A stretch of DNA of 64,000 bases, taken from Okamejei kenojei. Lineage: Eukaryota. Positions 36,952 to 50,929 of this stretch are shown here, in pieces. The notes beneath the pieces were generated by a model. It did not search any database. It was given only the letters and a program-made list of their open reading frames with translations, and was not told the origin of the DNA. The first letter of the stretch is position 1, and every line of letters starts with the position of its first letter. The translations under genes and the position numbers were made by a program. The stretch covers positions 41,664,001 to 41,728,000 of the forward strand of contig CM069140.1 in the NCBI GenBank assembly GCA_035221665.1. The letters are read 5' to 3'.

Positions 36952-38217
36952 CAATAGACAATAGACAATAGGTGCAGGAGTAGGCCATTCGGCCCCTCGA
37001 GCCAGCACCGCCATTCAATGTGATCATGGCTGATCATCCCCAATCAATACCCCCTTCCTGCCTTGTCCCCATATCCCCTGACTCCGCTATTTTTAAGAGC
37101 CCTATCTAGCTCTCTCTTGAAAGAATCCAGAAAACCTGCCTCCACCGCCCTCGGAGACAGAAAATTCCACAGACTCACCACTCTCTATGAGAAAAAGTGT
37201 TTCCTCATCTCCGTTCTAAATGGCTTACTCCTTATTGTTAAACTGTGGCCCCTGGTTCTGGACTCCCCCAACATTGGGAACATGTTTCCTGCCTCTACCA
37301 TGTCCAAACCCTTAACAATCATATATGTTTCAATGAGATTCCCTCTCACCCTTCTAAACTCCAGAGTGTACAAGTCCAGCTGCTCCATTCTCTCATCATA
37401 TGACAGTCCCTCCATCCCGGGTATTAACTTTGTAAACCTACGCTGCACTCCCTCAATAGCAAGAATGTCCTTCCTCAAATTAGGGGATCAAAACTGCACA
37501 CAATATTCCAGGTGTGATCTCACTAGGGCTCTGTACAACTGCAGAAGGACCTCTTTGCTCCTATATTCAATTCCTCTTGTTATAAAGGCCAACATGCCAT
37601 TCACTTTCTTCACTGCCTGCTGTACCGGCATGCTTACTTTCATTGACTGATGTACAAGGAACTCCAGATCCCGTTGTACTTCCTCATTTCCCAACTTGAC
37701 GCCATTTAGATAGTAATCTGCCTTCCTGTTTTTGCTACCAAAGTGGATAACTTCACATTTATCCGCATTAAACTTCATCTGCCATGCATCTGCCCACTCC
37801 CCCAGCCTGTCCAAGTCGCCCTGCATTCTCATAGCATCCACCTCACAGTTCACACTAGCACCCAGCTTTGTCTCATCTACAAATTTGCTAATGTTACTTT
37901 GAATCACTTCATCCAAATCATTGATGTATATTGTAAATAACTGCGATCCCAGCACCGAGCCTTGCGGTTCCCCACTAGTCACTGCCTGCCATTCTGAAAG
38001 GGACCCGTTTATCCTTACTCTTTGTTTCCTGTCTGCCAACCACTTCTCTATCCATGTCAGCACTCTACCCCCCATACCATGTGCCCTAATTTTGCCCACT
38101 AATCTCCTGTGTGGGATCTTATCAATTGCTTTCTGAAAGTCCAGGTACACTACATCCACTGGCTCTCCCTTGTCCATTTTCCTAGTTACATCTTCAAAGA
38201 ATTCCAGAAGATTAGTT
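36952..38217 (-). mobile_element. CR1 LINE, 5'-truncated, (TTGTCTA)n tail
   Basis: ORFs 37488..38177 and 37185..37478 carry CR1 RT motifs. Confidence 0.93.
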
Positions 38218-39719
38218 GATTAGTCATTAGTTCCTTAGAACTTCAGTACATTACTAGGAGAAAACAATAATTAGGCTTGCAAAGCTTTGAAAAGATCAAC
38301 ACTGTCATCAAATCAGCAGCCATTGAAATTAATGTAGGTGGCAAAACTTTCAAATAACTGACACCATGAACTTGCTGCTCTTCACTCTTAATGGTGGACA
38401 TGAAACGCACACTCTTATCTCTTCAGAGAATAGAATCGTGCAAACTTCACATCATAGAAGTTATCCCTGTACCTCCTTTGGGATAAAGCCACTGTAAGCT
38501 CTAAGGATACACAAGAAACAGGCACCACTGAATCATTTAAGACATCCATACTTAGTATCTACAAATGACTACAGACCTGAAACTAAATTGATGCATTTTG
38601 TTCGAGGTTAAAAATATGTCAACACTGGTTAACAGGGATTAGTTGCTGAAATTTTGGTGACCATTGTTCCGTGTTCATTCAATAGCGACACTTAAAAAAC
38701 ATTTGGGCAGGCACAACAATAGGCAGGGAACAGAGGGATCTAGACCATGCACAAACAGATCGGATTAGTTTTGATTGGAATCATGTCAGCACAGATACTG
38801 CAGGCTGAGCGGTCTGTTCGTGTGTAGTCAAGTAGCTTGACCTGCTTGCATTGCAATTTTGAGCATTATCCATGCTGCTGAGAAGGAAATTCCAAAACAA
38901 TTGCTTTCTGGCACAATTTTTTTTTTAATACCAGTCTAAGGAACATATCATTCCTGAATCATATGTTTTCAGAATTTAGCTTGTAACTGACAAATTAGTT
39001 TAGTACATCCCATATGTTACAACCAGCTTCTCTGCTGTAAGTCAACCCAGCCAGTCATTAAAAGTTAAAACATTTCCAATGCAAGTGGAACTAAAGCTTA
39101 TAGTGTGGACTAGTATAGGGTCACAATCGTGCGTGAACTGAACACAGCCAGATCTTCCTGAACTTTCCTTAGAACTTCAGTCAATATTCCAATGAATTGA
39201 TGTTATTTACCAACCCCTCCCTCCAATGGAATCAGTGAGCATAATTAAATTGTGATTAGCACCTACAGCTCACCAGTAATCTACAAATGAGGCCAGATAG
39301 ATTTACCGTGCTTCATTCTGCTTACGATGCAAACAAAATGAGTTGCATTCACATAAGGACACAGGTGTGATCTAATTCCTTGGTCTTACTTTTCCATTGT
39401 GTGATTCCTTTCTCATCCTGCCGATCCCCCTATAGCTTGCAAGGTCTGAATCTCTAATTTGGTTTTAAGTTTGGTTTAACATTTTCTTTCATTCTTATCT
39501 AGATGACAATATTGATTCAGCTGATAACACTTCCATCCCTAAGCCAGCAGGCTGTGGGTTGAAGTCCAGTTTCAGGACCTTAGCACAAAGTCTGGACTGA
39601 TCCTATAGGCAACTTAGAAAGAAATCAGGAAAGAAAACAAAAGAACATAGAAACCTGAAAATCTCTCCCACAAATTGCTGTAGCTGTTGGGACAGATAAT
39701 GCAATGATGGATGGCAAAA

Positions 39720-39955
39720 GATAGAGAGTCATAGAGTCATACAGTGGGAAAAAGGCCCTTCGGCCCAACTCGCCCACACCGGCCGACAATGTCCAATCTG
39801 CCCTACTCCCACTTGCCTATGCTTGGACCATAACCCTCCAAACTGTCCTATCCATGTACTTGTCCAACTGTTTCTTAAATGATGGGATAATCACAGCCTC
39901 AACTACCTCCTCTGGCAGCTTGTTCCATACACCCACCACCCTCTGTGTGAAACAA
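39720..39955 (-). mobile_element. CR1 3' end
   Basis: Reverse complement of the same subfamily tail as 760-892/10769-10841; (ATAGAGTC)n. Confidence 0.85.
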
Positions 39956-39999
39956 GTTCTCTGTATGTACAAATTCCGCTCTGATCTTATTGAATGTTG

Positions 40000-40470
40000 G
40001 TAGACACAAAATGCTGGCGTAACTCAGCTGGACAGGCAGCATCTCTGGAGAGAAGGAATGGGTTTCGGGTCAAGACCCTTCTGCAGACTGAAGTCAAGGG
40101 ACTGGGCAGGACAGAGATAGAATGTAGACAGAGACAGTAAGACTGGTGGGAGAACGTGGGAGGGGATGGAGAAAGAGGAAAAGCAAGGTCTATTTGAAGT
40201 TAGAGAAGTCAATGCTCATACCGCTGGGGTGCAAGTTACCCAAGCAAAATGAGGTGATGTTCCTCCAATTTGCGCTGGGCCGCACTCTGACAATGAAAGA
40301 GGCCCAGGACAGAAAGGTCAGACTGGGAATGGGATGGGGAGTGAAAGTGCTGAGCAACCGGGAGATCAGGTATGTTAAGGCAGACTGAGCAGAGGTGTAG
40401 TAGATGAGCTTGGAAGAGATGCAAGTGAACCTCTGCCTCACCAGAAAAGGCTGTTGGGGTCCTTGGATGG
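40000..40470 (-). mobile_element. Penelope-like element 3' fragment with terminal repeat
   Basis: RQRFTCISSKLIY and PDLPVAQHFHSPSHS..RKLEEHHLI (GIY-YIG region); repeat TAGACACAAAATGCTGG at 40000. Confidence 0.85.
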
Positions 40471-40529
40471 ACCATTGGACTATTGGACTAGGCTCAATGG
40501 GCTCAATTGGTCAGCTTGTGCTCTTGTTT

Positions 40530-41157
40530 GAAGAAAGCAAATGTTACGTTGGCCTTCGATGTGAGAGAATTTGAGTATAGGAGCAAGGAGGCCCTATACT
40601 CAAGGAGTTGTACAGGGCCCTGGTGAGATCACACCTGGAGTATTTTGATTTCCTAATTTGAGGAAGGACTTTCTTGCTATTGAGGAAGTGCAGTGCAGGT
40701 TCACCAGGTTAAATCCCGGGATGGCAGATCTGGCATATGATGAAAGAATGGATCAACTGGGCTTATATTCACTGGAATTTAGATGATGATCTTATGACAT
40801 GTAAAATTCTTGAGGGATTGGACAGGCTAGATACGGTAAAAATGTTCCTGATGTTGGGGGAGTCGAGCATCAGCGGTTACCGTTTAAGAATAAGGGGTAG
40901 GCCATTTAGGACTGAGATGAAGAAAAACGTTTTCACCCAGGTAGTTGTGAATCTGTGGAATGCTCTGCCACAGATGGCAGTGGAGGCCAATTCACTGGAG
41001 AGTTAGATATAGCTCTTAGGGCTATCGAAATCAAGGGATATGGGGAGAAAGCAGGAACAGGGTACTGGTTTTGGACGATCAGCCATGATCATATTGAATG
41101 GAGGTGCAGGCTCGAAGGGCCAAATTGCGTTCTCCTGCATCTATTTCTATGTTTCTG
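40530..41157 (+). mobile_element. CR1 3' fragment
   Basis: ILEGLDRLD..KMF.MLGES, VVNLWNALP, TTTCTATGTTTCT tail. Confidence 0.88.
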
Positions 41158-42299
41158 ATCTTACAACCCCCAATTTAAACAATAGGGCATACGGTATATC
41201 TTCTGTTGTATGAATCGAAATGCCTGCCACCACAAATAGCCATCCGATACAAAATTGGCCGCGTTAGGTGCAGCAGGTGAGAATCATTAAAAGATGCAGC
41301 CGTTCTCTGTAATGTGGAGAAATGGTGACATGAATATGCTAATGAGTTATGAAATGTCAAATTTGTATATTTAACTGCCCTGCACTGTTCTTTCACCTTG
41401 GAGCAAAGTAACATATTTGTAACCCCTGAAGAATTTAAGAAGAAAGGCCTTGCATACATAAGGAAAGCTATGTCACAAAAAATTATTTTATAGTTACTTG
41501 AAAATCCCGGGAATGATAAGAGCTGTCAGTAAGGCAACTTGATCCTGATCTGATTTGACAAATTATGTTGGCTTTGAAAGGGTCAGTAGTTGTTAAGGCT
41601 CTTACAGACAAATAATGCCTTGCAGCACAACTGAGATTTGAATACTTAAACAGTTCTTCATGCAAATTTGGCCTCTACCTGTCACTTATCTTTTTCATAA
41701 TCTGAGACTTTATAAACAAGTATAAGGTCAACATATAATTTGATTGGGATACCCAAATGATGAAGAGATTTGCAAGGTCACATCTGCAACATGAAAAATA
41801 ACATTCCAGACCACAGTTATGCCCATTTGTTTTCATGGCAAAAATACCAAACAAACTTGAATGCCCAAGGCTTACTTTAGATGTGTCATAGCTGTTAAGT
41901 ACTGTGTAATGAATACCAAGATATATTAATTACATATAATTGAAAGACACGACTCACTTGAAAAATATACTGCGTAAATTTGAGACTGAATAGCTCAGTT
42001 GTTAATATAAGACGCTACTATTCTTTGCTGGAATCTAATGTCAATAGACTAGTGGATGTAATATTTTGTGATTTTCTTTGACTGCTAAATTCCTACTGCT
42101 GAAAACATTAAAAGGAACAAATCAGAATTCAGTTGGCAGTACATTCAGTTTTCAAGATTCTCATGTCTCTGCTTTGTCGGCAGATTTATAAATGATGACC
42201 ATCCACAGCTCTTGCGTTCACAGTAATAATGAGCTTTGGGATAATGGTTATGGTGTGAATATACTCCTGCATCAGAAATGAACTGTATCTACTTCGATT

Positions 42300-44915
42300 T
42301 GTCTATCACCATTGCAGGTCAACAGTAGATGCTATCTCACTGGCTCTCCGCTCTGCTCTGGACTATCTGGATAGCAGGAAAACAGACTTCAGACTGCTGT
42401 TCATCGAGTAGGGTTCATCTTTCAAAATTATCCTCCCTTCCAATATCATCACAGAGCTCCAAGACCTGGACCTCTGTACTTTCCTTTGCAACTGGAGCCT
42501 TGATCTCCACACTGGCAGACCTTAATGAGTTGGATTGGTAGCAATATCAACTCCACACTGAATATAAATGTAGGTGCACCTCAGGGAGGGCACTGAGCCC
42601 CTCAGCTAACTCTCTATACCCATGACTGTGTGATAAGCATTGCTTCAATGCCATCTATATGACACCACTGTTGTTGGCCAAATTATTTTTTTGTAAAATA
42701 TTTTTATTAGAAGTAAATACATATTAAGAAGGAATAATATAAAATCAAAAAAGAAAAAAACATATTATTCGTCACATACATTCTTTACAGTCGTTCTTAT
42801 TTATACTTCTATATTTTTTATTATTTTATAACAGAAAGAAAATAGTAAAGAGAAATAATAAAAAGAAATAAAATAGAAGTAGAAAATCAATAAAATGAGT
42901 GGAGTATAAAGCAAGATATTCTTCATTGGAGATATATGCGTGGTCTATTGTATATAGTTCTTCATCTATTCCTTCATTCAGGCTTCAGTCAGGCCCTCGA
43001 ACCGGACCTCCTTGACCCTTTAAGTATTCAATAAATGGAGACCATATTCGTCTGAATTGATCTAGCTTGTCCAAAAGGACAAGTCTTAGTCTTTCCAGGT
43101 GAAGTGTCTCCGACATTTCTGTAATCCACATTTTGATTGTGGGGGATGTAGGACCTTTCCAAAATCTTAGTATTAGTTTTTTACCAATTATTAAACTATA
43201 ACCAATAAAAATTATTTGCTGTGTTGTTAGTAAATGATCCATTTCTATTATTCCTAATATGATTAATCTTGAGTCTGGAGTCAGACTTGCATTAACTACT
43301 TTCGAGATTATGTTAAAAATTTCTATCCAAAAATGTGTAATTTTTATACATTTTGTGAATGAATGCATTAGATTAGCTTCTAAATGCTGACATTTATCAC
43401 ATATAGCAGAAACATTTGAAAAAAATCTGTTTAATTTGGATTTCGAAAAGTGTAATCTATGTAAAACTTTAAATTGTATCAGGGAGTGTCTGGCATTTAA
43501 TGAGCAGTGATGTATATGTTGTAAACTTTCATTCCATACTTCTACACTAATTGTTTGTCCTAATTCGTTTTCCCATGCTTGCCTATATATTTCCGAGTTT
43601 GGTAAATCATTTTCCAGTAAAATATTATAAATATATGATATTAATTTTTCTGTATTCGGATATTTATTTAGACATTCATCTAAATTTTCTGTCTTTCTAT
43701 TTCTAAAATCCTGTGTGTTTGATTTAACATAGTATCTAATTTGTAAATATCTAAAGTTTTCTTTTGAGTGTAATCCATAATTTTGTTGTAATTCCTGAAA
43801 TGAAAGGAATAAACTTTCCCTGTAGAGATCACCCATCTTATTTATTCCATAGTTCTTCCATTTAAAAAAACCTTTATCCATCATTGAAGGTTTCAAAGTG
43901 ATGGTATTTGCAATGGGAAGAGCCAGTGGTATACTTTCTAATTTTAATGTTTTCTTTAATTGTTTCCAAATACGTATGCCACTTTCTATTATTGGATTTC
44001 CTCTATAACTTTTTTAATGTATTTTAGTATTAGCAAATAAAATCGAGCTAATTTCAAAAGGTGAACAATCTTCCTTTTCCATTTTTAACCAGTTTGGTTG
44101 TTTATCTACTTCTTCCAACCAAAAATTCATATTTTTAATATTAACTGCCCAATAATAAAACATAAAATTAGGCAATGTAAAACCTCCATTCATTTTTGAT
44201 TTACATAGATATTTTTTATTTATTCTATGGCTCTTATAATCCCAAATAAAGTTGGTAACTATAGAGTCTACTTTCTTAAAAAAAATTTTAGGAAGATATA
44301 TTGGGATCAGTTGAAACAGGTATAATAATTGCGGAAGAAAAATCATTTTTATCGCATTAATTCTACCTAGCATTGAAATAGGTAATGTTTTCCAATATAG
44401 GATATTCTTAAGTAGTTTATTCAATAGGGGTGGGAAATCAGATTTAAATAAGGAATCATATCTTTTTGTTACATGAATTCCAAGATATTTGGGTTTTTTT
44501 TCATTTGCTATCTTAAAAGGATATTGTTGTAATATATGTGAGTTATTTCCCATTATTGGCATAAGTACACTTTTATTCCAATTAATTCTATATCCTGAAA
44601 TCAATCCGAATTGAGTTATTAAATCTAATGTTAGGAATACTAATTTCCGGCTTTGTAATATAAAGTAATACATCATCTGCGTATCAAGAGATTTTATTTT
44701 CAGTTTCTTTGGCTTCATACCCGTATATTTCAGGATGTAATCTGACGCGCTGTGCTAATGGTTCAATTGCCAGTGCGAACAGTAGTGGAGATAGAGGACA
44801 ACCTTGTCTACAGCCACGGAATAAATTAAATTATGGGTGGCAATGAGTCAGAATACAGGAGATAGATAGAATATTTGGTTTGGTATTGCCACAACAACGT
44901 TCACTCTATGATAAT
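42300..44915 (+). mobile_element. Old Rex1-type fragment (42300-42686 and 44835-44915) split by L1
   Basis: [35 protein letters not shown]| resumes MGGNESEYRR after the L1. Confidence 0.75.
42687..44827 (-). mobile_element. L1-clade LINE, 5'-truncated ORF2 (RT and Cys-rich C-terminus)
   Basis: [60 protein letters not shown]; AATAAA and A-tail; 7-bp TSD AAATTAT (42680-42686, 44828-44834). Confidence 0.92.
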
Positions 44916-46271
44916 CATGAAGAAGAAGTGCCTCTATGTCGGTGAGACTAAGCATAGACTAGGGGACCGGTTTGTTGAAAATTTGTGATTTGTCCTCCAT
45001 GGTCAGCTGAAATTGGTCCCCTTGCCATAATTCCCCTTCCCATTTCCATACTGACATGTCTGTTCTCAGCCTCCCCCGCTGCCAACTGCACAGCGACATT
45101 ATTTAAATAGTTATGAGAATAAATTTCTAGGCCAATAAAGTTGCAAAGCAAAGTGCAGAAGCAAAGAAAATTGTATAAAATTGTATAAACTTTAGAATAA
45201 ATAAGAACATTCAGAGGATCACTATCCACAGCAATTAAAAAAGCAATAACAAACTAAAAAGATTCACAGGAAACTGTTGGACAATGGAGATAATAGTTGG
45301 ATCAAGATACATTGGAGATCCAGGTATGATTCTTGAATTCCAGTTACATGTTTATTTTTTTAAATCATTTTCTACTCCTGACCTCATTCAAAGTTAAGAT
45401 AATTGTTCCATGTTGTACATTATTTGATAGATCTTTGAGCATAAGGAATAATCCAGAATTGATAATAAATACATCAGTTTAAGGGGTTTTACAAAGGATA
45501 GTATGTGCATCTACTCTCTTAAATTAATATACTCGAGTCTTAGTATTTTAATTCATGCATTTAACTTCCTAAATCAACACATAATCCAAATATAAATCAA
45601 ATAAGCAGGAGGCCCATTTCATATTAATCTTTTGATCATGGCATTAAACTATGCGCAAAAGTTCCCATGACACCATTTTGAAAAAGTGTAGGGAATTCTC
45701 TTGTGTTCTAGCCAATATGTATGGCTCATTCAGTGTTGACTAAAACAAACCATTTAACCACAACCACGCTACCATTTGTGAGCCCATAAGGTGCACAATT
45801 TAATTGCTGTCAAATAATATTACCACAGCAAGTGCACAGCTTCAGTACTTTATTAATTTTGGGACATCCTGAGATTGTTAAAGGTATTACATAAATACAA
45901 GACTTCCTTTTCCTTCTTAAGCTTCCTCCGAGGCTTGTAATTTCTGAACTTTAGGCTGAGGTTACGAACATTAAGTGCAGAAATTAGACATGTCAGATCA
46001 TGTCCAGGGAAGGCACAATGAATTCAATTTCCAGTTAGATCAGCCCAGTGCACACATATTGAAACATTTAGGAATCGTTTCCATTTTGATTTTCCAAAGC
46101 TTTTATGAACTCATGTACATCTGGTATGATTTTGGAAGCCAAGTGCACTGCAATTAATGAAAAGCTAATAAAGCTGACAATTTATTTTTGGAGATGTACA
46201 TCATAAGTTGAAACATTTCCATTATTGCTTGATGAAATCATCTAGGAAATGATGGACCAGCAGATGTTTCA

Positions 46272-49145
46272 ACCATATAACCATATAACCATATAACCAT
46301 ATAACAATTACAGCACGGAAACAGGCCCTCTCGGCCCTTCCAGTCCGTGCCGACCATTTGTTTTCCCCTAGTCCCATCTACCTGCACTCAGACCATACCC
46401 CTCCATTCCCTTCACGTCCATATACCTATCCACTTTTCTTTTAAATGTTAAAATTGATCCTGCCTCCACCACTTCTGCTGGAAGCTCATTCCACACAGCC
46501 ACCACCCTCTGTGTAAAGAAGTTCCCCCTCACGTTACCCCTAAACGTCTGTCCCTTAATTCTCATGTCATGCCCTCTTGTTTGAATCTTCCCTACCCTCA
46601 ATGGGAAAAACGTATCCACGTCAACTCTGTCTATCCCTTTCATCATTTTAAAGACCTCAATCAGGTCCCCCCTTAACCTTCTGCGCTCCAAAGAATAAAG
46701 ACCTAACTTGTTCAACCTTTCTCTGTAACATAGTTGCTGGAACCCTGGCAACATTCTAGTAAATCTCCTCTGTACTCTCTCTATTTTGTTGACATCCTTC
46801 CTATAACTAGGCGACCAAATTGTACACCATACTCCAGAATTGGTCTTACCAATGCCTTGTACAATTTTAACATTACTTCCCTACTCCTATATTCAATGCT
46901 CTGATTTATAAAGGCCAGCACACCAAAGGCTTTCTTTACCATCCTATCTACATGCGATTCCACCTTCAGGGAACTATGCACAGTTATTCCTAGATCCCTC
47001 TGTTCCACAGCATTCCTCAATTCCCTACCATTTACCATGTACGTCCTATTTTGATTTGTCCTGCCAAGATGTAGCACTTCACACTTATCAGCATTAAACT
47101 CCATCTGCCATCTTTCAGCCCACTTTTCCAAATGGCCCAAATCTCTCTGTAGACTTTGAAAATCTACTTCATTATCCACAACACCACCTATCTTAGTATC
47201 ATCTGCATACTTACTTATCCAATTCTCCACCCCATCATCCAGATCATTGATGTACATGACAAACAACAGTGGACCCAACACAGATCCCTGAGGCACCCCA
47301 CTGGTCACCGGCTTCCAACCTGACAAACAGCCATCCACCATTACTCTCTGACATCTCCCATTCAGCCACTGTTGAATCCATCTTGCTACTCCGTCATTAA
47401 CTCCCAAAAATTGAACCTTCTTAACCAACCTTCCATGGGGAACCTTGTCAAAGGCCTTACTGAAATCCATATAGACAACATCCACTGCTTTACCCTCATC
47501 AATTTCCCTAGTTACCGCTTCAAAAAATTCAAGAAGGTTTGTCAAACATGACCTTCCAGGCACAAATCCATGTTGACTGTTCCTGATCAGACCCTGTTTA
47601 TCCAGATGCTTATATATATTATCTCTAAGTATCCTTTCCATTAATTTGCCCACCACTGACGTCAAACTAATAGGTCTATAATTGCTAGGTTTATTCTTTG
47701 AACCCTTTTTAAAACAATGGAACAACATGCGCAGTACGCCAATCCTCCGGCACCATTCCCGTTTCTAATGACATTTGAAATATTTCTGTCATAGCTCCTG
47801 CTATTTCTACACTAACTTCCCTCAATGTCCTAGGGAATATCCTGTCAGGACCTGGAGACTTATCCACTTTTATATTTTTCCAAAAGTGCCAGTATTTCCT
47901 CCTCTTTGAATCTCATAGTTTCCATAGCTACGCTACTTTTTCCCCTTAACTCACAGAGTTCAATATCCTTCTCCTTGGTGAATACCGAAGAAAAGAAATT
48001 GTTCAATATCTCCCCCATCTCTTTTGGCTCTGCAGATAGCTGTCCATTCTGGTTCTCTAATGGTCCAATTTTATCCCTCGTTATCCTTTTGCTATTAATA
48101 TAGCTGTAGACACCCTTTGGGTTTACTTTCACCTTTCTTGCCAAAGCAACCTCATATCTTCTTTTAGCCTTCCTAATTTCTTTCTTAAGATTCTTTTTAC
48201 ATTCTTTATACTCCTCTAGCACCTCATTTACTCCATGCCTCCTATAATTATTGTAGATATCTCTCTTTTTTCGAAACAAGTGTCCAATTTCCCTTAAACC
48301 ATGGCTCTTTCCAATTTTTGCTATTTCCTTTCAACCTAACAGGGACATAAAGATTCTGTACTCTTACAATTTCCACTTTAAATGTCCTCCATTTCTCTTC
48401 TACATCCTTCCCATGAAACAAAGTGTCCCAATTCACTCCTTTAAAATCCTTATGCATTCCCTCAAAGTTAGCCTTTCTCCAATCAAAAATCTCCACCCTA
48501 GGTCCAGTTCTGACTCTCTCCATAATTATATTGAAACTAATGGTATTGTGATCACTGGTCCCGAAGTGCTCACCAACGCATACCTCCGTCACCTGACCTG
48601 CCTCATTTCCTAACAGGAGGTCCAGCACTGCCCCTTCTCTGGTCGATACCTCTATGTACTGCTGCAAAAAACTATCCTGCACACATTTTACAAACTCCAA
48701 ACCATCCAGCCCATTTACAGAATGTGTTTCCCAGTCTATTTTTGGAAAATTGAAATCTCCCACAATCACTACCTTGTGCTTACTACTAATATCTGCTATC
48801 TCCTTACATATTTGCTCTTCCAATTCATGCTCCCCATTTGGCGGTCTATAATACACCCTCTAAAAGTGTTGCTACACCGTTCCCACTTCTCAGTTCCACC
48901 CAAATAGCCTCCCTAGACGAGCCCTCTAATCAATACTGCCAAAGCACTGCTGTAATATCTTCTCTGACAAGCAATGCAACACCTCCCCCTCTGGTCCCTC
49001 CAATTCTATCACACCTGAAGCAACGAAATCCTGGAATATTTAGTTTCCAATCACAGCCCTCCTGCAACCATGTTTCACTGATTGCCACAACATCATATTT
49101 CCAGGTGTCAATCCAGGCTCTAAGTTTGTCCACCTTACTTACAAC
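46272..49145 (-). mobile_element. CR1 LINE with nearly complete ORF2 (APE + RT), (TATATGGT)n tail
   Basis: YDVVAISETWL, YYRPP, VGDFNFP, LDLLL, TSDHN (APE); NYRPISLTS, GVPQGSVLGP, KYADDTK (RT); split by single-base frameshifts. Confidence 0.95.
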
Positions 49146-49535
49146 CAACTACCCTCTTGAACTTAGTTTATCACCCAGAACAAGGCCTGGCTCTCCTTGA
49201 TATGAATATGTACCCACGAGTTAGAGAGTACATTCCAGACCATAAATGATTTAGTTGTCGTAGTAGTTGAAAATTAACCTTGAATAATGTTGCGTGGGGA
49301 TTCTGCAGAATACACAGGAGCTGCTTTCATTTAATTAAAAGCAGTTGTTTTTATTATAATCATGGCAGTATGCTTTAATTTTAGTAATTGAATTTCTATA
49401 AACTTCAAGTCATATAGCCATAGAGCACATGTTCTTTGAAATTCTCAGATGTTTGAAGGATAATCAAATCAGGAAAGGGAATACGCATTCATTGCAAGTT
49501 GATGGGATCAACAAGTATTGACTGATACTTGACAG

Positions 49536-49998
49536 GTGGCTTGGTTTGGCTCAGCCACCAAGCATGATATCCGGAGGCTGCAGCGCATCATTCGAACAGC
49601 CGAGAAGGTTGTTGGCTGCAATCTTCCTCCCATCGACGAACTGTACACTGCAAGGGCCATGAAGCGAGCAGATAAGATAATTTCTGACCCCTCTCACCCT
49701 GGCCACAAACTCTTTGAAGTACTTCCTTCTGGAAGGCAACTTCGGACTGTCAAAGCCCCCACAGCCAAACATAAAAACAGTTTTTTTCCCACAGGTAGTA
49801 GCTCTATTCAAGAACCAAAAGTCTGTAGCCTCCCTTGGCTCTGGTATTTTATTTCATTCTATACATGTTTAAATTATAATGTTTTATACTTAACTGTTTA
49901 CTGTATATCGTGTTTTTACTTGCGAGCAAAGCACCAGGGCAAATTCCTTGTATGTATATATACTTGGCTAATAAAATGTATTCAATTCAATTCAGTTC
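49536..49998 (+). mobile_element. Rex1-type LINE 3' end
   Basis: AWFGSAT..RLQRIIRTAEK, DPSHPGH.LF..LPSGR; (ATTCA)n tail. Confidence 0.85.
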
Positions 49999-50444
49999 AA
50001 AGGGAATCAATTGCACAGAATTTCAAACCACTAGTAGAGGTTGTCCATCTCTAGGAATGGAATGGCAGTCAGGTTCATTTGATGGTTGAAGCCTTCTAAG
50101 AAATATTCTTCCATTGAAGCAAGGTGGGTGTACCAAGGTCTGTCTGTCTATCTGTCTGTCTGTCTGTATCTATCCTTAAGGAACAGAAGTTCTAAAGTGT
50201 TTGTAAGCACACCTGAGATTTATTTTTATACCAATCATCTTCATTATACAAATGGGGTTATCTGCAGTGGCATATACCAATATCTGTGATTTATTAAAAT
50301 CAGCTATTTTAGTTATAAATTAACTAGTTAGTTCCATTGTTACATTTAGCACTCATCATGGAAACTTAGTTTGTAGTATTGCAATAGCGATTTCAGAAGG
50401 ATTGTTATGAGTATTTCTGTTTCAACCAAACGATTTAAATATTG

Positions 50445-50815
50445 CATAAAAAGGATTTGCTGATGCTGGTTTACACAGAAGATACACACAGAATGCTGGA
50501 GTTACTCAGTGGGTCAGGCAGCATCTCTGGAGAGAAGGAATAGGGGACCCTTTCTCAGACAGAAGTTAGGGGAGAGGGAAACTAAAAATATGAAAAGATA
50601 CAAAGAACAAATGATTGTAAGGTATGCAGAAGGACAAATCAAAGCCAACAACAGTGATCAAGGAAACATGGAGCCCACAATGGTCCATTGATGGCTATGG
50701 AGAAGGTATAAACGAGTGGATACAAACAGTGAAACTACACAGGACAACAGTGAAATTAGTCGGATGACTAGAGTGGGGGAGGGACAGAGAGAGGGAATGC
50801 AAGGGTTACTTGAAC
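50445..50815 (-). mobile_element. Penelope-like 3' UTR/terminal repeat fragment
   Basis: Colinear with 54417-54740 (GCTGGAG..ACTCAG..GGCAGCATCTCTGGAG; GAGAGAGGGAATGCAAGGGTTACTTGAA). Confidence 0.75.
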
Positions 50816-50929
50816 TTCATGTAACCCTTGTATTCATTCCCTCATGAGTCAATGCTTCAACTCCAGTCAACCATTTTCATGTCACTTCTCATTCATTCTG
50901 TTGCCATGGCCCTCATTTCTCTTCCCTCG

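Noticed and set aside
44945-45030. Second Helitron 3' end or TIR pair (AGGGGACC...GGTCCCCT)
   Set aside because: Only an 8-9 bp inverted match, with no matching 5' end or TSD.
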